This document shows, in pieces, positions 47,351 to 60,110 of a stretch of 64,000 bases of DNA. A program made the position numbers and the translations under genes. The notes under the pieces were generated by a model, which saw only the letters and a list, made by a program, of their open reading frames with translations, ran no database searches and was not told where the DNA came from. Position 1 is the first letter of the stretch. Each line of letters starts with the position of its first letter. The DNA is from Candidatus Babeliales bacterium (GTDB lineage Bacteria; Babelota; Babeliae; Babelales; Vermiphilaceae), in assembly GCA_963743635.1 (NCBI GenBank), contig CAVUQO010000003.1, forward strand, positions 96,001 through 160,000, in the 5' to 3' direction.

Positions 47351-48640
47351 TTATGCGACCACTACCGGCACATGCATACTTTCTGTGCCATCGCTGTAAA
47401 CAGTGCTTATCGAGTAATTATTTTTGTCGTTACATGAAGGCAGATAAATGTTAGTTACGGGGGGACAATTTGCAGAAACTGTTTGTACCAAAGTAGTGCC
47501 CTGATAGACGTTATATGCGGTGGGATATGCCATCGCATTAGCAGTATTAGGTGTCCAGGTGATAGCCAGTACGAACCCAGTTTGAAGTAGGAAAACATTT
47601 TTTTTCACAGTTCCTGAAACGCCAGCTGGATGATTAACGGTTGTTATTGCCATGCCTACGGGCTCACTGCCCACTGGTATATCAGTTCCTGCAACCGGCG
47701 CTGCGCGATTGGTGATATTAAGTGGTGTAACAGAGTTATCACCAGTATTGGGTATATACGCATAGGAACCTTCAGGGGCAATTACAAGAGATGGGTTAGG
47801 CCCTATGCCTGCTGTGACTGATGTTCCTACTACGGGTGATGCAGGGTTTGAGATATTAATCGGAGTGACACTGCTAGCAGTGTAATTAGTTGCATAGAGA
47901 TAACCGCCATCGGGAGTTACGGCTACGCCAATAATGACACCTGGTGGCAGTGTTATCGTATTTGAAACGGTGGGCGCGAGTCGGTTTGATAGATTGAGTT
48001 GTATCACACTGCCTGCATCATTGTTAGCCACATACGCATAGCTGTTAGAAGGGTCAATGGTAATATCATAAGGAAATACTAGGGGAGCTCCCGTTACTGG
48101 AGTGCCCAATGTATTAGTTGCTATATCAATAGGGATAACGCCTATGGAGGCGCCAGTATCACATACATAAGCAGTCAAACCATTAGGTGCGATAGCGATG
48201 GCAAAAGGTCCGCTGAATCCTGGAATAACGACGTCAACACTATTGGTTGCTATATTGATGCGTTGTACGGTATCAGTACCCGCGTCAGCGCACGTGACAT
48301 ATACATAGAGGCCGTCCGGTGTTACTGCAGTAAACTGTGGTGTTGAAGAGCCGAAGGAAATATCAGGAAGGATGTGTGTGTTGGTTGCAACATCAATGCG
48401 TTTTACGGTGTTATCCGTTTTGCACGGGACAAATACCGTACTATTATCCGGGGTCACGCTGAGGCCAGGGTTAGATTCAGCGCCGAGGTCTACCGTAGCA
48501 ATCACCAGATCGGTGGCAGCATCGATAACAGAGACGGTGGTATCATTATCATTACCGACGTATATAAAGGGCGCTGTGTGAATAATGAGTCCAGCGTGCA
48601 ATGTCACAAGCGTTAACAGCATTCGTTTACGAATATTCAT
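47351..48640 (-). CDS. YncE/YVTN-type beta-propeller with divergent copy of the C-terminal domain
   Basis: TPDG.Y.YV, VSVID blades; KKNVFLLQT..ITW. Confidence 0.8.
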   Translation of the reverse strand: MNIRKRMLLTLVTLHAGLIIHTAPFIYVGNDNDTTVSVIDAATDLVIATVDLGAESNPGLSVTPDNSTVFVPCKTDNTVKRIDVATNTHILPDISFGSSTPQFTAVTPDGLYVYVTCADAGTDTVQRINIATNSVDVVIPGFSGPFAIAIAPNGLTAYVCDTGASIGVIPIDIATNTLGTPVTGAPLVFPYDITIDPSNSYAYVANNDAGSVIQLNLSNRLAPTVSNTITLPPGVIIGVAVTPDGGYLYATNYTASSVTPINISNPASPVVGTSVTAGIGPNPSLVIAPEGSYAYIPNTGDNSVTPLNITNRAAPVAGTDIPVGSEPVGMAITTVNHPAGVSGTVKKNVFLLQTGFVLAITWTPNTANAMAYPTAYNVYQGTTLVQTVSANCPPVTNIYLPSCNDKNNYSISTVYSDGTESMHVPVVVA

Positions 48641-48706
48641 ACTTTTCCTTTTTGAAATGGTGTATCGAGACTGTATCAAAGATGCGATATGGTGTGCAAG
48701 AAAAAG

Positions 48707-49858
48707 TTATACCACCGCGCAGGGAATTTGAGTGGGGAGTCGCGTAGTGATTTCTCGTGGATTAGCGCTGCCCAGACGCGCTGCAAGATCATGGGCGCGT
48801 ACGCCATCAAAATCACCCATCAAAATTACCTCATCTCCAACGCGAGCATGCGGAACGTCTGTAATATCGATGATCATAAAGTTCATGCATATGCGGCCAA
48901 GTACGGGTGCATAATAGTGAGTTTTGCGCGTGGTATCATTGGCGCTGATGATCACGTTACCATTGTTGCTCAGTTTGCGATCATATCCTTCATAATAACC
49001 AACGGGCAGAATTGCCGTGGTTGTTTCGCGTGTTGCGATAAAAAGGCGATCGTAGCTGACCGATGAGCCAGCAGGAATTGTTTTAGTGTAGATGATGCGT
49101 GTTTTCCACGCGAGCGCTTGTTTGAGTTGGATTGTATCGGTATGACGATCTAGAATATGTTTTGGCACGATTCCATAGACGCCGGCGCCAATGCGTACAA
49201 GATTATGATGCGCATCACTGATGCCTAAAACAGCAGCAGAATTTGAGGTATGTTTTATTGGAATGGTGAGACCGTGTTGCGCTAATTGAGCAATGAGGTC
49301 AGTGAATAGTGCGAGTTGTTGGCGTGTGAAGGTTTGATCTTCTTTGTCTGATTGTATGAAATGCGTGGTGATGCCACGGATGACAAGATTGGGTAATCGT
49401 GCCATGCGCATGATGACGTCAAATGCTTCATGAGCAAAGAGCCCAAAGCGCGATAATCCCGTATCAATTTTTATGTGTATGTATGCGTTTTTGCGTTGTT
49501 TTTGTGCAAACATGCTGAGCAGCACTGCCGTTTCATAATCATAAATCACCATATCAAGATCGTAGGTAACAACTGTTTCAGGATCCGCGTTCAAAAAATA
49601 CATTGCGAGGATTGGTTTTGTGATACCCGCTTCGCGCAATGCGATCGCTTCGGTAACGTTTGCGGTACATATATAGGAAACGTTATCATTGGTTTCGCAC
49701 ACGCCGCCCACTTGTAGTAAACCATGTCCATATGCATTGCTTTTCACCACAACGCCGAGCATCGCATCATTGCCAATGCGTTGTTTGTAACATGCGATGT
49801 TATGTTCCATGGCTGCGCGAGAAAGCTCAAGCCATGTCTGAGTGTATTGCGTATACAT
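48707..49858 (-). CDS. alr: Alanine racemase
   Basis: VVKSNAYGHG PLP lysine motif, HIKIDTG..R.G, VSY, GRICM. Confidence 0.96.
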   Translation of the reverse strand: MYTQYTQTWLELSRAAMEHNIACYKQRIGNDAMLGVVVKSNAYGHGLLQVGGVCETNDNVSYICTANVTEAIALREAGITKPILAMYFLNADPETVVTYDLDMVIYDYETAVLLSMFAQKQRKNAYIHIKIDTGLSRFGLFAHEAFDVIMRMARLPNLVIRGITTHFIQSDKEDQTFTRQQLALFTDLIAQLAQHGLTIPIKHTSNSAAVLGISDAHHNLVRIGAGVYGIVPKHILDRHTDTIQLKQALAWKTRIIYTKTIPAGSSVSYDRLFIATRETTTAILPVGYYEGYDRKLSNNGNVIISANDTTRKTHYYAPVLGRICMNFMIIDITDVPHARVGDEVILMGDFDGVRAHDLAARLGSANPREITTRLPTQIPCAVV

Positions 49859-49981
49859 ACGGTATCCTGGGGAAAAACTTACGTTTAATGCATTTCCAGG
49901 CTACCGTTTTTACATTATATACGCAAGTATTCGCCCTGAGTATTTCGAGCCTAAAAGCGAGAACTGTGTCGAAGGGTATAG

Positions 49982-51262
49982 TTAAGCGGTGTAGCGTATG
50001 AGTGAAAAAGTACTATCACTTAGTCCGGCGGTTACCGCTTCTCCGTCTGACTGAATACCGACAGCCTGAGCGAAAGCAAATGATCCGACGCTGGTAGAAG
50101 TGTAGCCATTGGTGCCATACGAGAGATTAAGAGATCCCGACGGAGTATATCGTGCGATATTCGTGTTATAAGTTAGGCCGGCGCTACTGTATCCAGCCGC
50201 TATAATATCATCGGTATAAGAATAATCATTGGTTTGTAATGCGAGTGCGTAGAATTCAGAGCTGTAGTTTATTTGCGTGGTAACATATCCTGTGCCATTA
50301 AATGAGGTGTCAAGGGCGCCACTTGGAGTGCATCTGATAAGAAGAGAGTTATAAACCTGATCAAAATCATCTTCCGCAACAAAAATGCTTCCGGCTATAA
50401 CGATGTAATTATTTTGATCAAGTATCATATCGTATCCAACTGCAACGTTGCCAACGCTGGGCATAAATATTCCTGATGAGCCAAAGCTAGGATCAAGTGC
50501 ACCACTTGGCGTGTAGCGCGCAAGCGTAATTTGTTCGTCTGAATTGCCCAGCACAATAATATAATCCTGATAAATACCACTGGGTACGATAGCAATTGCT
50601 TGTATGTATGAGATAACCCCAATTTGGGTAGTAGTGATGCCGGCTGTTCCAAAAGAGGTATCAAGAGTTCCCGCATAAACTCCCGAAGCGATAAAGCGTG
50701 CGAGTGTAAATTGAGGAGTCTCATTATTGATGCTAACGCCTGCGACAATAATATTTCCTGAGCTTTGTATGCCTACCGCATATGCAGCAGATCCATCGCC
50801 GGTGGTAACGGTAGCATAACCATTAGGGCTATTGAATGCGGTGTCGAGGGTGCCGTTCGTATTATAACGAGCGACGAGCATGTTGGTTTCAGTTTGAAAG
50901 GTAAAGCCTGATACCACAATTTTTTGATCAGAAGGTTGCAATGCAAGATCATATCCTTCAGCGCGGGTGCCAACTAAAAGCGCGTTGGTGCCTGGTGTGC
51001 TGCCTCCGCTGTTAAATGTAGTATCAAGAACGCCATTATTTGTGTATCGCGCTAAAAAAAGTTCTGGATATGTCTGCGAGCTGGTTCCTGTAATGACAAT
51101 GTCATTGTTAGTTTGTATTTGAAGACTTCTCAGAATGTCGCGACGACTTGCTTGTGTCAGAGTAAAACCAACATTACCAAAGCTGGTATCAATTTGGCCT
51201 GAAGTAATAATAGATACACTGTGTATAAGGTAGATTGCGGTGATAATATATTTCATATTCAT
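49982..51262 (-). CDS. Delta-60 (DUF5122-like) repeat beta-propeller protein
   Basis: Repeated ARY..NG.LDT.F...G and Q.D.KIVV.G units; signal peptide. Confidence 0.85.
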   Translation of the reverse strand: MNMKYIITAIYLIHSVSIITSGQIDTSFGNVGFTLTQASRRDILRSLQIQTNNDIVITGTSSQTYPELFLARYTNNGVLDTTFNSGGSTPGTNALLVGTRAEGYDLALQPSDQKIVVSGFTFQTETNMLVARYNTNGTLDTAFNSPNGYATVTTGDGSAAYAVGIQSSGNIIVAGVSINNETPQFTLARFIASGVYAGTLDTSFGTAGITTTQIGVISYIQAIAIVPSGIYQDYIIVLGNSDEQITLARYTPSGALDPSFGSSGIFMPSVGNVAVGYDMILDQNNYIVIAGSIFVAEDDFDQVYNSLLIRCTPSGALDTSFNGTGYVTTQINYSSEFYALALQTNDYSYTDDIIAAGYSSAGLTYNTNIARYTPSGSLNLSYGTNGYTSTSVGSFAFAQAVGIQSDGEAVTAGLSDSTFSLIRYTA

Positions 51263-51273
51263 GAACTTAACCC

Positions 51274-53844
<2,571 letters not shown>

Positions 53845-53915
53845 CTATATATAGCAAACAACAGAGTAAGAATGAACATTCGATAACGTTTACACTACAA
53901 TGAGGAGCCGTACAG

Positions 53916-56900
53916 ATGAAACAAAAATATTTTTTTCTATTGATAATAGGGTTCTTGCCTCTGAATGCGCTGAAGATTGATAGAGTTATTTTGGCAACTG
54001 ACAATAATCCGGCATATATAGAATTTTGGCCGGTAGTGGCAAAGGCGTGGAAAGAGCGTATTGGCGTACAACCAACCTTGGCATTAATAGCACCCAGCGA
54101 CGTGCGGGTAGATGAATCATTGGGTGATGTTATACGCTTTGAGCCCTTGCCCGACATTCCAACATCCCTGCAAGCGCAAACAATACGCTTATTGTTACCC
54201 GCATATTTTCCCGATGAGGTATCGATCATATCAGACATCGATATGATTCCGTTGAATAAAGAATATTTCGTAGATTCTGTTGCTGATGCTCCTGATGATG
54301 CATTCGTGGTGTATCGAGAAGTGGCAGAGATTCCAAAGTTTCCTATGTGTTATGTGGCGGCAAAAGGGAGCACTTTCAAAGATATATTTCAAGTACATTC
54401 TGTGCATGATATTGGCTCGATTATTACCTATTGGCATTCATTGAATATTGGTTGGAGCACTGATGAGATGGTGATGTATCACTCTTTATTGCAATGGCCG
54501 AAATATGCGCAAAAATGTATCAAATTAGGTCATGGGGTCCAAAGACGCATTGATAGATATTGGGGCTTGGAGCATGATGATCAGTTGCTTGAGCAGGGAT
54601 ATTACATCGATGCTCATTGTCCACGGCCTTACAGCGCGTATAAAAAAGAAATAGATGCACTTATAAAAACTTCACGATCTCAGAATAAATCTCATCAACA
54701 TGAAAAAAAACCAAAAGTATCCATCATAACCTCCCTCTTTAAAGGCGATGATTTTATTGTTGGATTCCTATCGGATATTACGAGACAAACGATTTTCAAT
54801 GAATGTGAACTGATCATTATCAATGCAAATTCTCCGGGGCACGAAGAACCCATAATCAGAGAGTACATGCAACGATTTCCCAATATTGTGTATAAAAAAT
54901 TAGATCATGATCCAGGGCTTTATGCCGTCTGGAATATGGCGATTAAGATGGCACGTGCTGATCTTATTACGAATGCGAACGTAGATGATAGGCGAAATCC
55001 TGAATCGCTTGAGGTGCAAGCTCGTGCACTGGAAGAAGATCCTACTGTTGATTTAGTGTATTCAAATTGTCGAGTCACCTATACTCCTAACGAAACCTTT
55101 GAGTCTAATACGGGAGAATGCATACTATGTCCGTCGGATTTTTCATCGCACCGCATGTTTTGCTGTTTACCCGGGCCGCAGCCAATGTGGCGCAAATCGA
55201 TGCATGAAAAATGCGGATTATTTGATGAGAGCTTTCAGTGTGGCGGCGATTTTGAAATGTGGAATAGAGCGGTATATGTGGGCTCGCAATTTAAAAAAAT
55301 TCCTGGGCAAAGCGGAGTCTTCTATGTTAATCCCAAGGGGCTTTCAACCGATATAGAAAAAAAATCAATTCAAGAAGCAGAGCTCGGTAGAATTTGTGAA
55401 AAATATGCATCTTTATGGCGAATGCCTCACTTCTTTTGTACAGCTGCCGATAGCAACTATTTTCCGCATCTTTTAAATCTTATTGGGAGTATACATGAAA
55501 CCAGTTTTGACGCGCTTGGCGCTATTGCGGTGTTTGATTTGGGGTTAACTGAAGAACAAATACAGCATTTGAATACTATTGAAAAGGTTTCGGTCCATAA
55601 AATAGAAATGACGCATGCTGATCTTTTAACGCGCTTTAAAACAAGTCATTCAGGAAAAGTGGCACCTGGTTGGTATGCATGGAAATTTGTAGTGCTCAAG
55701 CAAGCGCTCGAGATGTTTCCCTATGTATTATGGGTTGATTCAGGTACTACTATTTTAAAACCGCTAGATTCGATGTTTAAGTATATTTTAGAATCGGGAT
55801 ATTTTTTAGCCACTATAGGTGATGAAAAAATCAATAAGGCTATTCAGCATCCAATTCGATGGGGAGCAACGGAATATGTAAAGCAAGCATTTGATCTTTC
55901 ACGCGCTGAGCGTGCGTATGTTCTGGAAAAAGAGCCATTATTGTCTGGTACTATCGGTGTTTCACGCAAAGCTGTGGACTATTTAGTCGGCCCTTTATAT
56001 AGCCTCACCAACAACCTTAGATTATTTGAAGATGACGGCACCACGCCACATGGATTTGGTACGGGAAGACATGATCAGGCTATTTTGAGTATTTTTGCGT
56101 ATTTGCATGGACTGACGGTGCATCGCCAAGATCATACGCAAGAAACACCCCTCTGCCTCAATGTAGCCGGTAAGAATGAAGAAGTTTACATTACATGGAA
56201 TGGAAGCTGTGTAAATGAAAAAACTCATCTTTATAATTCAAGAGGTGATTTATCTCGCCATGACCATTACAGCAAAGCAATACGACGCACTGTTCGTGAA
56301 CCGGAAAGAAAAGATGATGAGTCCAAGAAGCCAAAAATTGTTGCGCTTGTGCCGGGCCGCAATGAAGCGGTATTGCTGCATCAACATTTAAAGGCGCTCT
56401 CACTCTTTGTGGATGCGATTGTGTATCTTGATGATGCATCAGATGATAGCAGTATGGAAATTCTGCAATCAATTGCTGCCGAGTGTAAGATAGAGCGTAT
56501 TATGCGCAAGGATACGTGGTACAGAGATGAGCCGGGCGATCGTAATAAGCTCCTTGCAGAGGGCAGAGCCATAGGGGGCACTCATTTTGTGGTGCTTGAT
56601 GTTGATGAGATGTTTACCGCAAATTGCCTTGATAATAATTTCTTACGCAATGCGATATTGTCGCTCAATCCAGGGGATCAGCTCGGTCTTGTCTGGATTC
56701 AGCTTTGGCGCAGTCTCGATGTATATCGCTTTGATGATTCAGTCTGGACGTGGAATTATAAGAATTTTATTTTTTGTGATGATAAAGAATGTTTTTATTC
56801 ATCTGATTTTCTGCATACATCGCGTTCACCTTGGAATTTAAAAGGCAAATCATTCATTATTCATGGATATGAGCATGGCGTGCTCCATTTCCAGTTTGTG

Positions 56901-57218
56901 AACTGGAGAAATGTAGTAATAAAGCACTGCTGGTATCGTTGTTTGGAGCATATACGTAATCCATCCAAATCAATATCTGATATTAATGCGCTGTATGGAG
57001 CGAGTTTAAATGAAGCAAATCTTAAAACGGTAAAAAGTCCGGACGCATGGTTTTCAAACTACGCTCCCTTCTTCAATCCAACGCTTTATAGTAAGCCAGA
57101 GGGCTGGAGAGAGTCTGAGATACAAAATTGGTTCAGTCAGTACGGAAAAAACTTCTTTGAATCGTTGGATATCTGGAATATAGATTGGGGATTAACCTTG
57201 ACGAATCAGTGTCAGTAA
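53916..57218 (+). CDS. Multidomain glycosyltransferase (about four GT-A-like modules) with signal peptide
   Basis: SDID; KVSIIT..NVDD; VFDLGL..AWK..WVDSG..RHDQ; RNE..DDAS.D..LDVDE. Confidence 0.75.
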   Translation: MKQKYFFLLIIGFLPLNALKIDRVILATDNNPAYIEFWPVVAKAWKERIGVQPTLALIAPSDVRVDESLGDVIRFEPLPDIPTSLQAQTIRLLLPAYFPDEVSIISDIDMIPLNKEYFVDSVADAPDDAFVVYREVAEIPKFPMCYVAAKGSTFKDIFQVHSVHDIGSIITYWHSLNIGWSTDEMVMYHSLLQWPKYAQKCIKLGHGVQRRIDRYWGLEHDDQLLEQGYYIDAHCPRPYSAYKKEIDALIKTSRSQNKSHQHEKKPKVSIITSLFKGDDFIVGFLSDITRQTIFNECELIIINANSPGHEEPIIREYMQRFPNIVYKKLDHDPGLYAVWNMAIKMARADLITNANVDDRRNPESLEVQARALEEDPTVDLVYSNCRVTYTPNETFESNTGECILCPSDFSSHRMFCCLPGPQPMWRKSMHEKCGLFDESFQCGGDFEMWNRAVYVGSQFKKIPGQSGVFYVNPKGLSTDIEKKSIQEAELGRICEKYASLWRMPHFFCTAADSNYFPHLLNLIGSIHETSFDALGAIAVFDLGLTEEQIQHLNTIEKVSVHKIEMTHADLLTRFKTSHSGKVAPGWYAWKFVVLKQALEMFPYVLWVDSGTTILKPLDSMFKYILESGYFLATIGDEKINKAIQHPIRWGATEYVKQAFDLSRAERAYVLEKEPLLSGTIGVSRKAVDYLVGPLYSLTNNLRLFEDDGTTPHGFGTGRHDQAILSIFAYLHGLTVHRQDHTQETPLCLNVAGKNEEVYITWNGSCVNEKTHLYNSRGDLSRHDHYSKAIRRTVREPERKDDESKKPKIVALVPGRNEAVLLHQHLKALSLFVDAIVYLDDASDDSSMEILQSIAAECKIERIMRKDTWYRDEPGDRNKLLAEGRAIGGTHFVVLDVDEMFTANCLDNNFLRNAILSLNPGDQLGLVWIQLWRSLDVYRFDDSVWTWNYKNFIFCDDKECFYSSDFLHTSRSPWNLKGKSFIIHGYEHGVLHFQFVNWRNVVIKHCWYRCLEHIRNPSKSISDINALYGASLNEANLKTVKSPDAWFSNYAPFFNPTLYSKPEGWRESEIQNWFSQYGKNFFESLDIWNIDWGLTLTNQCQ

Positions 57219-57242
57219 CTGTTGAACAGGTAAGGAGAATAT

Positions 57243-58136
57243 ATGGCGAGCATGATTCTTAAGTGGCGATGGGTATGCCTTTCGATTTGCTTTGCATTAT
57301 GTGTTATGCATACTACCTATGGTGATGGATTGCATGAGCATTCTGATGTGCAGCCGATTGAGTATGTAACGATTGCTATTTTGGCCAAAGATAAAGAGCA
57401 TACGTTGCCGCTTTATCTTTCATGTATAGAAAAACAAACATGGCCGTCTCAAAAAACCTATCTCTATATTCGCACCAATAATAACAATGATCGTACTTCA
57501 GATATTCTGCGCGACTGGATTGAAAAAAATCATGAAAAGTATGCAGACATTTATTTTGATGATACTGATGTTCCAGAACCGGTGCAGCAGTATAAACAAC
57601 ATGAATGGAACTGTGAACGATTTAAAGTTCTTGGAAAAATTCGGCAAGATTCTATTGCATGGGCACATGCGAAAAAATCACACTATTTCGTAGCGGACTG
57701 TGATAATATGATTAAGCCGCACACGTTGCAAGCGCTTCTTGATACGAATCTTGCCATTGTAGGACCATTATTAAAAACCGGGCATAACCTGTATGCCAAT
57801 TATCATGCTGCAATCGATGAGCAGGGTTACTATGTAGGTTCCCCACTTTATGACTCCTTATGGAGTCAAGAAATCAAAGGGCTTGTTGAAGTGCCCGTAA
57901 TACATTGTACGTATCTCATTAGGTATGAATTTCTCGATAAGCTTTCATATGATGATGAAAGTTATCGCTATGAATATGTAATTTTTAGTGATTCTGCACG
58001 TAAAAAAAAGATCCCTCAATATCTCGATAATCGAGATATGTATGGATACATAAGTTTCGCAGAAAATAAACAGCAGTTACACAATGAGCCTTGGTTGCCT
58101 AATTTTGTTGCGGCTATGTCCCTTCACCTTCAATAA
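57243..58136 (+). CDS. Glycosyltransferase resembling the N-terminal domain of procollagen galactosyltransferase
   Basis: IAILAKD..H.LP..L, N.D.T..IL..W, W..ER....K.RQ, DCDN, GYY, VPVIH.TYLI. Confidence 0.7.
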   Translation: MASMILKWRWVCLSICFALCVMHTTYGDGLHEHSDVQPIEYVTIAILAKDKEHTLPLYLSCIEKQTWPSQKTYLYIRTNNNNDRTSDILRDWIEKNHEKYADIYFDDTDVPEPVQQYKQHEWNCERFKVLGKIRQDSIAWAHAKKSHYFVADCDNMIKPHTLQALLDTNLAIVGPLLKTGHNLYANYHAAIDEQGYYVGSPLYDSLWSQEIKGLVEVPVIHCTYLIRYEFLDKLSYDDESYRYEYVIFSDSARKKKIPQYLDNRDMYGYISFAENKQQLHNEPWLPNFVAAMSLHLQ

Positions 58137-58323
58137 GCTCGACCGCTCTGATCCTGATCGCAAGCAACGGGAAAGGGAGGACGAACGGGATAAAAAATAA
58201 CCTCTTAAATATAACCTCTTACATAGAGTTCGCGTTATTGTTAAGAAAATTATTGTATCTTTGCCAAGGACCTTATAGTGTAAATACAAAGTTGTCCAGG
58301 GTGAATTATAGTAAAAAAGCCAG

Positions 58324-60024
58324 GTGCCTATGAGTACGCACGTATCAAAATTAATGCTGTTATGTATAGCTTTGAACATATCCTTTATCATTTCGGGTGC
58401 ATCCGAGTGCTTGTTTGTTACCGGCGTAAATTGTCCAACAAATTGTGATGATAACTCACTGTATAAGACGTGCGACGGGGATTTGTATGGGAAAACATTT
58501 TTCTCATTTCGGCCACAAGATTCAGATTCATCACGCAGAATTTTGGGTTGGTTCAATAAAGACCATAAAATTGCGTTTTTTAAATTTAAAAAACATGTGA
58601 TCCTAACCATATCGCCACAATACACACGTTCTTTTGACACGAATGATATTGCGCAATGGTTCTTTTTTAATGGACGAGATCGTATGTCCGTCGGCATTCC
58701 CAGCGCAACGGAATCGTTTGATATTGATGGAGAGCAAATTGGGTTGAGTTTGGGAACTATCTTTGACGAATATGAAAATACCATATCTCCTGTGGTAGGC
58801 AAAATTGGCAATGTATGGGCAAAGCCACTTGTAGAAAACTACATCGTCGACGTTGATTTGTGGTGCGATTTGAGCGCATGGCACGATGATCTATGGTCAA
58901 GGATTGAGTTCCCTATTGTGAACATGAAAACGAATATGCGCATGCGTGCATCAGGAAAAGGCACACAAAACGATGAGTATGTACCAGGACTATTTTCCCT
59001 TGAGTCTACTCCGTTTGATGGGTATGAAGATTATGCCTGCAATGCAACGCCAGTTCCTTATAGTTCCATACTCTGTGCATTGGATGGCAATCAAGGGTGG
59101 GGCGCGGTAGAGCCGCTCAAATCAGGTAAGTTTTCTCCGCGCGGGCAGAGCAAGTGGGGAGTTGCGGGGCTGCATTTTGATCTCGGATATGACATATATG
59201 ATACAGCGCCATGGTACTGTGCGGGCAGTATTCATGTAGTGTTTCCAACGGGGACACGGCCAAAGGGAACGTATGTATTGGAACCGGTCATTGGCGCAAA
59301 TAAATCATGGCAAGTTGGTGCAACGGCGATTGCTCGCTATATAAAAGAATTTGGGAAGGATGAGCTTGGTGTTTATTTCTATGGAGTTGGCACTCACCTT
59401 TTTAAAGCAGCCCAAGATCGTGTCTTCTCGTTGATTACCAATGGCCCTGGCAGTCAGTTGCTCTTGCTTAAGCAGTTTAATAGTTCAGCCAGCGGTTTAA
59501 TCAATGCAGAGCGAGAAGCAAATATTTTTTGTGGACGCACAAAAATCGGATCAGCATTCATGTTTGATGGTTCATTAATGCTGCAATGGAGTCGTAAAGA
59601 AATCGTAGTAGATCTGGGATATAATTTCTGGATTCGTACCAAAGAAAAGCGTTCCAAGAGCGTTTTATTCAGAGGCTTTTATGAAAATCAATTGGGCATT
59701 AAGGGCTATACGCCCATGGAAGACAAGCAAGCAGTTGAATCTATTTATGCACCATTGCAATGTCTTCCCGATTTGACGACGGATCATTGCGTCACCATTG
59801 CGGGCGGTTCATTTGAAGCAGATAACCCAGCAGTATTTATTAAGCCTTGTAATGTGAATTATGGATCGGCTCTTGCTCCGACTTCAATGTCGAATAAAGT
59901 ATTTGCCGCGATCGGTTATAAATCTTCGTGGTTCATCTTGTTGTCGGGTGAAGCAGAATTCGGTATCAGCAATGCAGCGATAAACCAATATGGCGTGATG
60001 TTAAAAATCGGCAAAGATTTCTAA
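58324..60024 (+). CDS. Putative outer-membrane/secreted protein
   Basis: Signal peptide, Cys-rich N-terminus, beta-rich, terminal GVMLKIGKDF. Confidence 0.6.
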   Translation: MPMSTHVSKLMLLCIALNISFIISGASECLFVTGVNCPTNCDDNSLYKTCDGDLYGKTFFSFRPQDSDSSRRILGWFNKDHKIAFFKFKKHVILTISPQYTRSFDTNDIAQWFFFNGRDRMSVGIPSATESFDIDGEQIGLSLGTIFDEYENTISPVVGKIGNVWAKPLVENYIVDVDLWCDLSAWHDDLWSRIEFPIVNMKTNMRMRASGKGTQNDEYVPGLFSLESTPFDGYEDYACNATPVPYSSILCALDGNQGWGAVEPLKSGKFSPRGQSKWGVAGLHFDLGYDIYDTAPWYCAGSIHVVFPTGTRPKGTYVLEPVIGANKSWQVGATAIARYIKEFGKDELGVYFYGVGTHLFKAAQDRVFSLITNGPGSQLLLLKQFNSSASGLINAEREANIFCGRTKIGSAFMFDGSLMLQWSRKEIVVDLGYNFWIRTKEKRSKSVLFRGFYENQLGIKGYTPMEDKQAVESIYAPLQCLPDLTTDHCVTIAGGSFEADNPAVFIKPCNVNYGSALAPTSMSNKVFAAIGYKSSWFILLSGEAEFGISNAAINQYGVMLKIGKDF

Positions 60025-60110
60025 AGTCGTACTCATTTTTGAACGTAGAACAATAATAAAAAAAGCCTGATTAAGTATTAACATATACTGAAAGCAGGCT
60101 TTCTTTTAAA

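Noticed and set aside
58077..58811. 244-aa minus-strand ORF
   Set aside because: Antisense to two better-supported genes and crosses a repeat element
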